Below, piece by piece: positions 1 through 9,190 of a DNA stretch of 64,000 bases (within the stretch, counting starts at the first letter, position 1; every line of letters starts with the position of its first letter). Location of the stretch: contig JAGVVU010000034.1 of NCBI GenBank assembly GCA_018304605.1, positions 3,555-67,554 of the forward strand, given 5' to 3'. The position numbers and the translations under genes were made by a program. A model generated the notes under the pieces. It saw only the letters and a program-made list of their open reading frames with translations, made no database searches and had not been told where the DNA came from. The stretch is from Candidatus Aenigmatarchaeota archaeon. Lineage in GTDB: Archaea; Aenigmatarchaeota; Aenigmatarchaeia; GW2011-AR5.

Positions 1-150
1 AATTCTGATGGACGCAAACAAACAGACGAATGCCAGCAGTCTGCGTCGTTCTGTTGAAAAGATTGTAAGAAAATATATTAAAGCACCTTGATCATTCCCA
101 GAACTGCTTCGGACTTGTTTTCCGGGTTTGCGGATATCACATGTTCTGAT

Positions 151-254
151 ATACCCACACCTTTAGGTGTGGGTTTGTTTTGAACATGGGATCCCGAATG
201 CGCCTCTAATACATGCCGCCTAAAGGCGGCAGTTTCAGGCGCATTCAAGATGAA
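151..254. repeat. Structured repeat element, copy A: hairpin cccacacctttaggtgtggg, then a 10-bp outer stem gaatgcgcct/aggcgcattc enclosing the inner hairpin gccgcctaaaggcggc
   Basis: Near-identical copy at 30231-30334 with compensatory substitutions in both hairpins. Read directly from the sequence. Confidence 0.8.
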
Positions 255-346
255 CTCGTCTCTCTAATTTTCTCCAACAGGCGGTTTGCATACTGAATAC
301 TAACCGGACCAAGAAAAATAAAAATTAGAGTTAAAAGAAAAAATCT

Positions 347-976
347 CTAAACTTTGAGCTTTCTGACCCATCTCTTCGATACGTCAGCAAACGCTTCTTT
401 CGCACCAAGACCGAATGCGAGCGCGAATCCAAGGCCGACCGAGGCTATGATTACCAGCAAGATGTTATTCACCAGACTTGCTGATATTCCCAGTATAGGC
501 AACGCAAGCGCGATTGAAACGTACAAGACAAAGAAGAACAGTGTCTTGCCGACCAATACTGCGTACAGGCTGTTTGCCTTCCTCAGGTGGCTCTTGATGT
601 ATTCTGCCAGCACGTAGCCCACAACCATGATGACTGCGGCTCCGATGATCCTTGGTATGAAGGCGTTTATATCGGCGATCCACAAGGACAGCGCCGTGAT
701 GCCAAGGACTTCCCTGGACAATGCGGCGGTTATGAATCCGAGATATATCCACCACTTTGCTATAACAGAAAACAGGTTTGAAACGCTGATTGCAGGCTTG
801 TGTGTTTCCGTTATGTAGTAGTCCAGCTTGACTCTTTCGAGAACTTCCTTGACAACCCTTCCGACAACCTTTCCGACTACCAGGCCTATGACCAAAAGTA
901 TCACGGCAGCCACGAGGTTTGGAAGGAACGTCACTGTATTCGTGGTTAGTTCGCCCAAGATGTCGACTAACACCAT
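347..976 (-). CDS. Multi-pass membrane protein (conserved TM-helix repeat type)
   Basis: ORF 347-1015. The internal ATG at 974-976 is preceded by GGAGGAG (RC of actcctcc at 983-990). Hydrophobic helices throughout. Confidence 0.55.
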   Translation of the reverse strand: MVLVDILGELTTNTVTFLPNLVAAVILLVIGLVVGKVVGRVVKEVLERVKLDYYITETHKPAISVSNLFSVIAKWWIYLGFITAALSREVLGITALSLWIADINAFIPRIIGAAVIMVVGYVLAEYIKSHLRKANSLYAVLVGKTLFFFVLYVSIALALPILGISASLVNNILLVIIASVGLGFALAFGLGAKEAFADVSKRWVRKLKV

Positions 977-1152
977 TTTTTTACTCCTCCATATAGAATT
1001 CCGCGGCTTGTGCAAACGTGATTCCCGCGTAATTCTCCTTTGTATAAATGGCTAAACCCCGTTAATAAAGATTTTGCTAGAGGAAAAGCATGAAAAATCA
1101 CGGGAAAATCACATCTTCTTGTGTTGGAAGGTGTGATCACAATTTGGAAAAG

Positions 1153-1350
1153 AAAAAAGCGCCGGCGGCAGGATTTTCATCCGTGGTAGCATTAGCGGAG
1201 CCACCTAAGGTTGGTAAGACCTTAGGAAGGATATCCTTCCTCGGTTTTGAACCTGCATGTGCGTCCTCAACAGACGTGCGAAGCACGCCATTCGCAAAGG
1301 CACTCTAGCTCTCAAGGCTAGCGCATTTACCAAGCTCTGCCACGCCGGCA
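1153..1350 (-). ncRNA. Candidate structured ncRNA of about 195 nt, identity unknown
   Basis: On the minus strand the 5' GCCGGCG pairs with the 3' CGCCGGC, extended by GCAG/CTGC. Internal perfect hairpins include GGAAGGATATCCTTCC, CCTAAGG-N9-CCTTAGG, CGTGC-TTC-GCACG and GGATGAAAATCC. There is TTTTTT at the 3' end. A TATA-like TTTTTAAT (plus-strand coordinates 1378-1387) lies about 28 nt upstream of the 5' end. Confidence 0.4.
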
Positions 1351-1430
1351 TTTATTATCAACTCTACATCTCTAAGGATTAAAAATAGCCGCATGACTAA
1401 TCATATAAAAATGAAAACAAAAAGAAAAAT

Positions 1431-1799
1431 TTATTTCTTCTTCACGAGAAATGAGCCGATTACACCGCCGATGAGCCCAAGAACCAGGCCTGCGATTGCC
1501 GCAGCAACCACGGCTACAGCTCCAAGCGCTGCGCCGAATCCGCCAAGTCCGAGTGCCCCGCCGACTGCCGCGAAAAGCACGCCGAGTATTATTCCCTCAA
1601 CGAGCCCTCCGATAAGGCCTGCCAAAAGACCCACTACGAGTCCATCCGTCACGCTCTTGACTTTGGCAAACCATGCAGCTACCAATCCTCCGATTATCCC
1701 GCCAACGAACCCCAAGACGGGGTGCGCCAGGGAAAGGACGATGGTAAGGACGATGAAAGCCACGGCTCCCACCAAAACTGCTTTCCAACTTATAGCCAT
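1431..1799 (-). CDS. Small Gly/Ala-rich (glycine-zipper) membrane protein
   Basis: 122 aa with GxxxG repeats and transmembrane segments. The antisense ORF 1393-1827 is low-complexity Pro/Ala/Thr and is judged the spurious partner. Confidence 0.5.
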   Translation of the reverse strand: MAISWKAVLVGAVAFIVLTIVLSLAHPVLGFVGGIIGGLVAAWFAKVKSVTDGLVVGLLAGLIGGLVEGIILGVLFAAVGGALGLGGFGAALGAVAVVAAAIAGLVLGLIGGVIGSFLVKKK

Positions 1800-2042
1800 A
1801 ATTCTAATTGTTTCGGCGGGCTTTTAAAGCATGGAAGCGCCGACGGCAGGAATTTCTCCAAGGAAGAATAGCTCTTCTGTGGCTTTGAACCTGCAAGTCC
1901 TAGGGACACCAGTTTTCGAGATTCGCCTCACAATTAAGTGATCTGGCGCAATGCCAAGTTTCATGGCGCACAAAATTTGCACGCCTTTATGCGACGTCGG
2001 CTCTTTTTAATACGTTACAGCAGTAACCTTTAAAGTGGTTTT

Positions 2043-2231
2043 ATGAAGGTCAAAATAAACGACAACTCAATAGAGGTTGACAAGGATTCAAATGTATTTG
2101 ATGCCCTTAAGGCGGCAAAAATCAATCCCGAGACAGTTCTTGTCAAGAGAAACAACAAACTAATTCCCCATGACGCTGCTTTGAAAGACAATGATCATAT
2201 ACAGACTGTAACGGTAATCTCAGGTGGCTAA
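2043..2231 (+). CDS. ThiS/MoaD-like ubiquitin-fold sulfur carrier (TtuB/SAMP-like) ending in Gly-Gly
   Basis: 62 aa, C-terminal ...VISGG. Immediately upstream of a TtuA-like PP-loop ATPase. Confidence 0.7.
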   Translation: MKVKINDNSIEVDKDSNVFDALKAAKINPETVLVKRNNKLIPHDAALKDNDHIQTVTVISGG

Positions 2232-2233
2232 TC

Positions 2234-3121
2234 ATGAATTGCAAATGCGGCCGTGATGCCGTTTATCTACGCGTGCAGGAAGGGGTGCATTACTGTCCTG
2301 CATGCTTAAGCAGGCAAACAGAAAGGCAATTCGAGAAAACAATATCCAAGGGAAAAATGCTCGAGAAGAACGACACGGTGGCTGTGGGGGTGAGCGGCGG
2401 GAAAGACTCGATGGTGCTGCTGCATCTCATGAAAAAACTTTCGGAGAAGCTACCGATGAAGCTCATTGCGGTAACCGTGGATGAGGGCATAGCCGGCTAC
2501 AGGGACAGGAGCATTGGGGCGATAAACGAATTCGTAAAAGCCATGGACATAGAGCACCAGACGTTTTCCTTTGAAAATGAATTTGACATTACCATAGACA
2601 ATCTTGTCAAAAACGACCCTTCAATCAAGTCATGCACGTACTGCGGCGTTTTCCGGAGAACCCTCCTCAACAAGGCAGCAAGGGAAGTCAGCGCCACGAA
2701 ACTAGCTGTCGGGCACAATCTTGACGACGAGGCGCAAAGCATACTCATGAACGTGATGCGCGGCGACGTTACCCGGATGGCGCGTCTCGCAAAAACATCG
2801 GAACATTTCGTCCGTCGCATAAAGCCGATGAAAAATATCCCGGAAAAGGAGATTGTGGCATACGCCATACTAAACAACATACCATACTTCGACGGCGAGT
2901 GCCCAAACTCCTTCAACAATGCGCGGCGGGACGTGCAGGCACTGCTCAACAACATGGAGCAGAAATATCCCGGCACGAAAAGCAACGTAATAAGCTTCTA
3001 CAGAAAACTGCCGACATTAGAGGAAAAAGGAATTATCATGCGATGCGCGAAGTGCGGCGAGCCTTCCTCGCATGAAACATGCAAGGCTTGCGAGCTGCTG
3101 GATAAAGTCGGGACAAAGTGA
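2234..3121 (+). CDS. ttuA: TtuA/NcsA-family tRNA 2-thiolation PP-loop ATPase
   Basis: SGGKDS PP-loop. N- and C-terminal CxxC zinc-finger pairs. 295 aa. Confidence 0.8.
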   Translation: MNCKCGRDAVYLRVQEGVHYCPACLSRQTERQFEKTISKGKMLEKNDTVAVGVSGGKDSMVLLHLMKKLSEKLPMKLIAVTVDEGIAGYRDRSIGAINEFVKAMDIEHQTFSFENEFDITIDNLVKNDPSIKSCTYCGVFRRTLLNKAAREVSATKLAVGHNLDDEAQSILMNVMRGDVTRMARLAKTSEHFVRRIKPMKNIPEKEIVAYAILNNIPYFDGECPNSFNNARRDVQALLNNMEQKYPGTKSNVISFYRKLPTLEEKGIIMRCAKCGEPSSHETCKACELLDKVGTK

Positions 3122-3154
3122 CATCTAGAGGCAGTTTTTAAGTGTTTCTGATAT

Positions 3155-3613
3155 TTGCATAGCATGTCAACCGTAGTTATTAAGCGAGCTGAAACGGATG
3201 ATGAAATATTATCGATTATTCCATTAAAGCAATCAGACGATTCTGAATGCATCAAACAACAAGTTCCAGAAGAGGTTGCGCTACAAAGGGTTATCGAATG
3301 GCGCGAGATGCATTATGATGTATGGATGGCAAAAGCGGGGCTTGATGTCGTTGGATATGCCGTCGGCAAGCGGCAAGATGGGGGATATCGCTCCTACGGG
3401 ATCTATGTAGAACCAGCTCATAGAAACAGGGGGATAGGAACCCTTTTAAAAAATGCCCAGATTGAACATGCACGAAAATGCTATTGTGAATACATTTGGT
3501 CAAACGTTTCGGAAAATAATAAACCGAGTATCAGGGTTCAGGAAAAACATGGCTTCGAGTTCGAAAGAAGCGGGGCAGGATACGTTGTTACAAAGAGCCT
3601 GAAAGATTTTTAG
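3155..3613 (+). CDS. GNAT family N-acetyltransferase
   Basis: Motif ...IYVEPAHRNRGIGTLL... typical of the acetyl-CoA binding site. Confidence 0.7.
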   Translation: MHSMSTVVIKRAETDDEILSIIPLKQSDDSECIKQQVPEEVALQRVIEWREMHYDVWMAKAGLDVVGYAVGKRQDGGYRSYGIYVEPAHRNRGIGTLLKNAQIEHARKCYCEYIWSNVSENNKPSIRVQEKHGFEFERSGAGYVVTKSLKDF

Positions 3614-3851
3614 ACTCCGGCCGATTCAGAGCTCATTAAGGTATCACAAAGGACACCAACTTAAGACGTGGTCTTAAGCCTGAGATTCTCCACAGCCAGA
3701 GCCCAAACTAGTCCAATGAAACACTAAATCCTTCCAGAAACGAACAACGGACTGAAGCGCTTTGCGCTTCCGTCCACCTGAGCTCTGATCTTCATAACAG
3801 ATTATGTATCCTTCAGCCCCGTATTTAAAGCTAACCCAAAAAAGCACCTAA

Positions 3852-4664
3852 TCAAGCTTTCGGTCTTTCGCCAAGCTTGCTTAATATGGAATTCGCCTGC
3901 GATATCAAGTCCTTTGCGCCGATCTTCGGCTTCTCACGGATGAGATCCTGAAGCGTTAAAATTTTCTTATTTAGCAGCCCTCTCTGCACTGAAACGTCTG
4001 TCTTCAGAATTGTCACCGGCAGCACTTTTTTTGCCTGCACGAGCTTCTCCAGCGCGAATTCCTCGTCGTAACGCCAGCCTGTCAGGCGGATGCCAACACC
4101 CTTCGCGTACATCTTCGCGTGGTCGGAGAATTTCGTGTTGGTGACTACCCATGCTGCGTCGAACTTGTAATTGTTCTTTCCGTTCTTGCTTCCCAACATA
4201 ATGTCATTCAGCCGTGCTTCGACCTGCAGGCATATGTTAAGCCCGGTGAACCTGTGGGGGTTGAAATGCCTCTTACACTCGACAAGGAAGCTTCTCTCCT
4301 TGTTCGCTATCACATCAACCTGATGCTCGACATTCATGCCTTTTATCAGCTTGTTCCACATGCAGCGGTAGCCATGCGCTTCAAGCACTTTCTTGACGTA
4401 AAGCTCAAAACTTATCGGATCAAGGTTTGCTATCGCCTCGCGAAGCATGAAAATCGAGGAGCCGTTGGCCATGTCAAGCTCGGCAAGAATCATGGTATAG
4501 ATCTTGTGGGTTGTCATCCCGTTCTGGACCGACCCCGCTATCTTTTTCGCTATCGACCTGGCCATATCCGGTGCGACGCCTGACCTGACGCATGTCCTGA
4601 CTATCTTTTCCTGGCTGAATTCTTCCTTCCTGCCATCTGCCTTCAAAACGAACATAATTATCAA
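3852..4664 (-). CDS. ATP-cone domain protein fused to a restriction-endonuclease-like (Mrr-type) domain
   Basis: N-terminal VLKADGRKEEFSQEKI (ATP-cone). The central and C-terminal part has a nuclease-like core. Confidence 0.55.
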   Translation of the reverse strand: MIIMFVLKADGRKEEFSQEKIVRTCVRSGVAPDMARSIAKKIAGSVQNGMTTHKIYTMILAELDMANGSSIFMLREAIANLDPISFELYVKKVLEAHGYRCMWNKLIKGMNVEHQVDVIANKERSFLVECKRHFNPHRFTGLNICLQVEARLNDIMLGSKNGKNNYKFDAAWVVTNTKFSDHAKMYAKGVGIRLTGWRYDEEFALEKLVQAKKVLPVTILKTDVSVQRGLLNKKILTLQDLIREKPKIGAKDLISQANSILSKLGERPKA

Positions 4665-4682
4665 CCTGCCTGTTTCTTTTGA

Positions 4683-5867
4683 TTATTTCTTTTGATTAAA
4701 CTTTTCTTTATAAGAAAAGTTTACGCTCAACATCTTTTTCATCGGGTTGTCCGCAACGAAGCTGCCCCTGCAGGATTTCTCATCGAACCGCCCGCCATCG
4801 GCATCCTCGTCTGCCGCATAAATAAGGAAAGGCACGGGCCCGAAAACATGATTGCCGGTACTAGAATCTGTGATGTGATCGCTTATAACTGCTATATTTA
4901 TATGGCGGAGCCTCACCACCTGCGAAAACACTTCCCTGTCTATCTTTTCAATATATTTCACCTTCCCCGAAAAGTCGCGGTTATGGGCGTTCGTATCCGC
5001 GCCGTTAATGTGCAGGATAACAAAATCATATTTCTCAAGTGCATCAGCGGCTTTCCTGGCGCGCGAAAGCAGGTCGTCTTCAAGCTGGCTGAGGGGCGTG
5101 TTTATGATATCTATCCCGAGGTATTCTGACGTGCCCCTAACGATGTTGACACCGCTTATGGAGCATGCCTTCATCCTGTATTTTTTATTGAAGGACCCGA
5201 CCTTTCTATAAGCGCCCGCTGACCGCAACAGGATGAAATTGGCCGGGAACTTGCGCTTTTTATTCGAAGGATGGCCCAAAAGCAGCAAGCGCGAACGCTC
5301 CACATACTTGTTGAGTATATCAGATGTCTTCCTGGCTCCCGGATTGAGCGGCTTTATTTTCTGCGGGCTGCTGCCCATATCACCATCGCTTACCTGTATG
5401 CTCAGGCCCTTTCCCGAGAGGACGAGCACGAGGCGATGACCGACAGCCCTGCATAATTTTGTCTTTATCCCGTCAATGGATTTGATTTGCCTGTTAAGGT
5501 CCTTTACCATCACATCAAGACCTCTTTCGTCGCGCCCGGCCCTCCTGTCCCTGATCGTTTTACCGCGCACAGTTGCAAAATTTCCGCGGACGCAGACGTC
5601 GCTCTTTTTCAATTTCAATCCGATCCCGAGGGCCTCAAGATAGCCGCGCCCCGGCTCGTCATGCCATGAGTAGCCAAGTATCTCCAGCGTTGCGACGCTT
5701 GACATACTCCTGGGATTATAGTGCGGCGCATGCGGGCCGGACCATATGCCGCAGGTGCTGTTGGAAGCCAGCATGTCCAGGTTCGGCTTCTTTGCCTTGG
5801 CCAGCGCGCTTTTTTTGTCTGCCACTCCATCCAATATGACAAGAAGAGATTTTTTCATGAATATCAC
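4683..5867 (-). CDS. apgM: 2,3-bisphosphoglycerate-independent phosphoglycerate mutase, archaeal type
   Basis: 394 aa. LLVILDGVAD ... HINGADTNAHNRD motifs of the archaeal iPGM family. Confidence 0.85.
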   Translation of the reverse strand: MIFMKKSLLVILDGVADKKSALAKAKKPNLDMLASNSTCGIWSGPHAPHYNPRSMSSVATLEILGYSWHDEPGRGYLEALGIGLKLKKSDVCVRGNFATVRGKTIRDRRAGRDERGLDVMVKDLNRQIKSIDGIKTKLCRAVGHRLVLVLSGKGLSIQVSDGDMGSSPQKIKPLNPGARKTSDILNKYVERSRLLLLGHPSNKKRKFPANFILLRSAGAYRKVGSFNKKYRMKACSISGVNIVRGTSEYLGIDIINTPLSQLEDDLLSRARKAADALEKYDFVILHINGADTNAHNRDFSGKVKYIEKIDREVFSQVVRLRHINIAVISDHITDSSTGNHVFGPVPFLIYAADEDADGGRFDEKSCRGSFVADNPMKKMLSVNFSYKEKFNQKK

Positions 5868-6241
5868 TTTCTTTTTTCCATGTTATCCAGTCTTTTCTCT
5901 ATCCTTTCCAGCCTTTTTTTCATGTCATCCCACATGTCCAGAACTATCTCATGCGGCGGCTTTGGCCTGAACTCCTCAGGGATAGCCCGCCTCTTTTTCA
6001 GGAAATCAAGGATTTTCTTTTCCTTTAGAGAATAGTATTTCTTCCCTTCACGCCATTCGCCTCTGACGAGACCAATTTCCTCGAGCAGGTTAAGATGAAA
6101 GTCCACAGTCTGCGGCTTCTTCTTTATTTCTTCGGCTATTTCAGTCAGATACTTGTCCTTCTTCTCCAGGCTTAGCAGTATCTCTCTTCTGATGTCGCTG
6201 GAAAGCGCCTTGTGAAGTATCTCGTCAAATATCGGCGGCAT
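5864..6241 (-). CDS. ArsR-family winged-helix transcriptional regulator
   Basis: DIRREILLSLEKKDKYLTEIAEEIKKKPQTVDFHLNLLEEIGLV winged-helix motif. Confidence 0.75.
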   Translation of the reverse strand: MPPIFDEILHKALSSDIRREILLSLEKKDKYLTEIAEEIKKKPQTVDFHLNLLEEIGLVRGEWREGKKYYSLKEKKILDFLKKRRAIPEEFRPKPPHEIVLDMWDDMKKRLERIEKRLDNMEKRK

Positions 6242-6547
6242 AACATTACTTGTTCCACTTTACTATTAAAGTCTATATTTCGGGTTTAATGGGATACACG
6301 AAAGCTTTAAGTATTTTTCTATTCCACTATCATATGAAAGTCGAAAATACAAAAGAGGTGGACAAAATGAACCTGATAAAATATGTTCTTGACATGTTCA
6401 GGGAAATGCAGAACGAGCGCCGACAGTGCTATGAATGGTGTTTTGAAGACCCTGAAAAAATGGAAAGACGATTGCGAATATATGACGAAGTGAACATGAC
6501 AATGAGAGGACAATACTAAATACTCAGAAAAATGAGGAGGTGAAAAA

Positions 6548-6667
6548 ATGCATCCGCATGAAAGACATGAAAAACCGCCACATGAGGAGCTTATCGAGCT
6601 CGTAGAAAGAAAATTCAGGGAGCTGAACGAGCGACTTGACGACATGGAAGCAAGGATAGAAAAATAG
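6548..6667 (+). CDS. Small coiled-coil protein (39 aa)
   Basis: Strong RBS GAGGAGGTG 7 nt upstream of the ATG. MHPHERHEKPPHEELIELVERKFRELNERLDDMEARIEK. Confidence 0.35.
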   Translation: MHPHERHEKPPHEELIELVERKFRELNERLDDMEARIEK

Positions 6668-6836
6668 TTTTATTTATTTTTCCTCCCAATATTTTTCTTT
6701 CTTGTTTTCTCAACTTCAATTACTATCGGACCGACGTATCCGCACCTGCAGCTGTAATTCCCTGTTTCAAGCCCTATGAAAAATTCTATGGTCGGCTTCC
6801 TGCATGACGGGCAGATTTTGACCTTGTTTTTATTAA

Positions 6837-8333
6837 TCATATCTTCTCAACCAGCATCTTTCTTCTGCCGGAAAGGATGCCGTATATTTCATATGATTTT
6901 GCCGTCTTTATTGCAGCGTTCAGCTTCTGGCGCTTCTCGGCGAATATCGTGAACAGGGCTTCTCCTTCTTTTACGCTGTCGCTTATCTTCTTGCTCAGCA
7001 GCACGCCTGCGCCCCGGTCTTTCGGGGTGCCTGCGGCGCGGCAGATGTCGACAAGAGCGGCATTGCTGATGCTTGAGACTGTTCCGCCAAGCCTCGAACG
7101 CACTGTGAAACTATAAGGCCCCACATCTATGTCTTCAGGCTTTACCTTTGGGTCGCCTCCCTGGGCTTCTATTATCTCCCGCAATTTGCGCTCGGCTTTT
7201 CCGCTCTTTACCATCAGCTCAGCTATTTTCCTGTTCCCCTTGCCGGCCATTCCGAGGAGCATGCCTGCTACGGAAGTTGCTTTGTCAAAAACGTCGCTTT
7301 GTTTCATATTCATGACTACTTCCAGCGCCTCCCTTGCCTCAAGCGCAGGACCTACAGCGTAGCCGACAGGCTGGTCTCCGCGCGTGACCGCACAATCAAC
7401 CTTTATTCCCATGCTCTTCCCGATCTCTATGAAATCCCTTGCCAGCTTTTCCGCCTCTTCCCTGTTATTTATTTTCGCGCCGGTGCCTGTCGGGATGTCT
7501 ATGACAAGATATTTGCAGCCGACTGACTTCTTCTTGCTCATCACGGAAGGAAGCAGCAGCGGGTCAAGGCCGAGCGGGTGCTCTATCCTTATGAAAAGAT
7601 CGTCTGCAGGCGCAAGGTCGACTGACCCCCCCCAGACAAGACATCCTTTTGTCTTCCTGATAACTTTCTTTATCTCATCAATATGCAGATCGACCGGCGC
7701 CAATATTTCCATGCGGTCGGCCGTTCCAGAAGGCGACGTAATGGAGCGCGATGATGTCTTTGGTATTGTCAGGCCCGATGCGGCTATTATCGGCACGACA
7801 AGCATTGATGTCTTGTCTCCAGGCACTCCACCGATAGAATGCTTGTCAACCACAGTCCCGGGAAATTTGAGCCGTTTGCCGGTCTCTATCATGGCTTTTG
7901 AGAGGCTGATGCTCTCATCGAGCGTAAGGCCGTGTATGTGCAGGGCTGTAATGAATGAAGCCAATTCCAGGTCGTTGAGGTTGTGCGCGATGACATCGTC
8001 AACAATTGTCCTGAGCTCCAGGCAGGTGAGCTCATGCCCGTCAGTCTTTTTCCTTATGTACAGCTTGCTCACAAGAGGCTTCCTCGGCTCGACATAGACT
8101 TTGTCGCCGCTCCGGATTTTTATAATTTTCTTCAGGTCGTGATAGAGCACAATCGTTCCCGGCTTGATGAAATTTCTTGTCGTATCAACTGTAACAGTCA
8201 CTTTCCTGTTCCCTTTTGTTAAAACAATCTTGTCCAAAGGATGCACGCCAAGCTCAAGTGCATCCTTCTCATTCACTATGCCGATCATCTTTCCGCCGGC
8301 ATTCAGCTCCAATACTTTTACCTTCATCTTCAT
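6837..8333 (-). CDS. deoA: AMP phosphorylase (thymidine phosphorylase family)
   Basis: 498 aa. N-terminal extension plus pyrimidine-nucleoside-phosphorylase core (SIGGVPGDKTS, TGTGAKIN). Operon partner of the R15P isomerase. Confidence 0.85.
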   Translation of the reverse strand: MKMKVKVLELNAGGKMIGIVNEKDALELGVHPLDKIVLTKGNRKVTVTVDTTRNFIKPGTIVLYHDLKKIIKIRSGDKVYVEPRKPLVSKLYIRKKTDGHELTCLELRTIVDDVIAHNLNDLELASFITALHIHGLTLDESISLSKAMIETGKRLKFPGTVVDKHSIGGVPGDKTSMLVVPIIAASGLTIPKTSSRSITSPSGTADRMEILAPVDLHIDEIKKVIRKTKGCLVWGGSVDLAPADDLFIRIEHPLGLDPLLLPSVMSKKKSVGCKYLVIDIPTGTGAKINNREEAEKLARDFIEIGKSMGIKVDCAVTRGDQPVGYAVGPALEAREALEVVMNMKQSDVFDKATSVAGMLLGMAGKGNRKIAELMVKSGKAERKLREIIEAQGGDPKVKPEDIDVGPYSFTVRSRLGGTVSSISNAALVDICRAAGTPKDRGAGVLLSKKISDSVKEGEALFTIFAEKRQKLNAAIKTAKSYEIYGILSGRRKMLVEKI

Positions 8334-9106
8334 CTAATCATCTTCTTGACCCCTTTTTCTGTGATGACCGCCGTGATGTATTTCCATGGTGTCAGGTCAA
8401 AAGCCGGGTTGAAAATCCTCGCGCCTTTCAGGTTTGCGTGCAGCTCAGAAGCCGGGCGCTGCTCCATCACTATCTTTGGCCTTTTGTCAACCGTGAAAGA
8501 AGACGTTATGACGTAAAACGGCTTCCTGTTCTCTTTCGCGACAACGGCCAACGGATGCGTTCCGACCTTGTTGATGAGGCCCTCATTCCTGAGCGCGTCA
8601 GCGCCTACCACGACCATGTCGGCATTGCCTATGAAATCGCTGATCGCAGAGTCGATTATGTAAGAAACTTTGACCTTATTCTTCAGGAGCTCTTTTGCGG
8701 TGATGAGGCCCTGATCCCTCGGCCTGGTCTCGGTGACTATGACTTCCTTTATTTTGGATTTGTTTTTTACGAGAGCTGCGACGACAAAGCTCGAGTGGCA
8801 ATGGGTCAGGACAACCGAGCGCTTGAATATTCTCGAGGCATTTCCAGCGGCTGCGGTCTTGGACGCTTCGAGCTCTTTGATGACTTTGTTGATGCCTTCC
8901 TGCGACCTGGATTTTTTCACCTTTTCTATCGCATTGAAGAGATCAACCGCCGTCGGCCTCGCTTCGAGCAGCTTTTTACACTCCGTGTCGAACTTTTTGC
9001 CGAATCCGTATTTCCTAGAAAATCCGGATAAGTGTTTCAGGGATTCGACCGTAATGTTCGTCGCGCCCTGTATCTGAATTTTCTTCAGGCGTGATACGAA
9101 ATCCAT
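8330..9106 (-). CDS. Ribose-1,5-bisphosphate isomerase (eIF-2B alpha/beta/delta-like)
   Basis: The C-terminal 258 aa of ORF 8330-9811 (from MDFVSRLKK...) has the eIF2B-like fold motifs GADALRNEGLINKVGTHPLAVVAKE. The upstream part of the ORF looks non-coding and overlaps the real gene 9191-9793 on the other strand. Confidence 0.75.
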   Translation of the reverse strand: MDFVSRLKKIQIQGATNITVESLKHLSGFSRKYGFGKKFDTECKKLLEARPTAVDLFNAIEKVKKSRSQEGINKVIKELEASKTAAAGNASRIFKRSVVLTHCHSSFVVAALVKNKSKIKEVIVTETRPRDQGLITAKELLKNKVKVSYIIDSAISDFIGNADMVVVGADALRNEGLINKVGTHPLAVVAKENRKPFYVITSSFTVDKRPKIVMEQRPASELHANLKGARIFNPAFDLTPWKYITAVITEKGVKKMIR

Positions 9107-9190
9107 ATTATTACTATGCAGATTGGGGAAATATATAGTAAACCTGGCGGATTCTAGTGCCTTAAGAATTTTCCATTCACAATAAGCACA

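Noticed and set aside
1090-1308. 72-aa plus-strand ORF
   Set aside because: Lies inside the region that folds into the candidate structured ncRNA on the minus strand. There is no RBS and the composition is poor.
1154-1346. Possible tRNA with a giant intron (acceptor-like GCCGGCG/CGCCGGC ends)
   Set aside because: No T-loop (GGATGAAAATCC is a simple tetraloop hairpin) and the D-arm cannot pair. It is kept as a generic structured ncRNA candidate instead.
1393-1827. 144-aa Pro/Ala/Thr-rich ORF
   Set aside because: Antisense shadow of the Gly/Ala-rich membrane protein gene 1431-1799.
7384-8097. 237-aa plus-strand ORF
   Set aside because: Antisense to AMP phosphorylase. Ser/Phe-rich shadow ORF.
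8216-9031. 271-aa plus-strand ORF
   Set aside because: Entirely antisense to the ribose-1,5-bisphosphate isomerase gene, with Arg/Ser-rich low-complexity translation.
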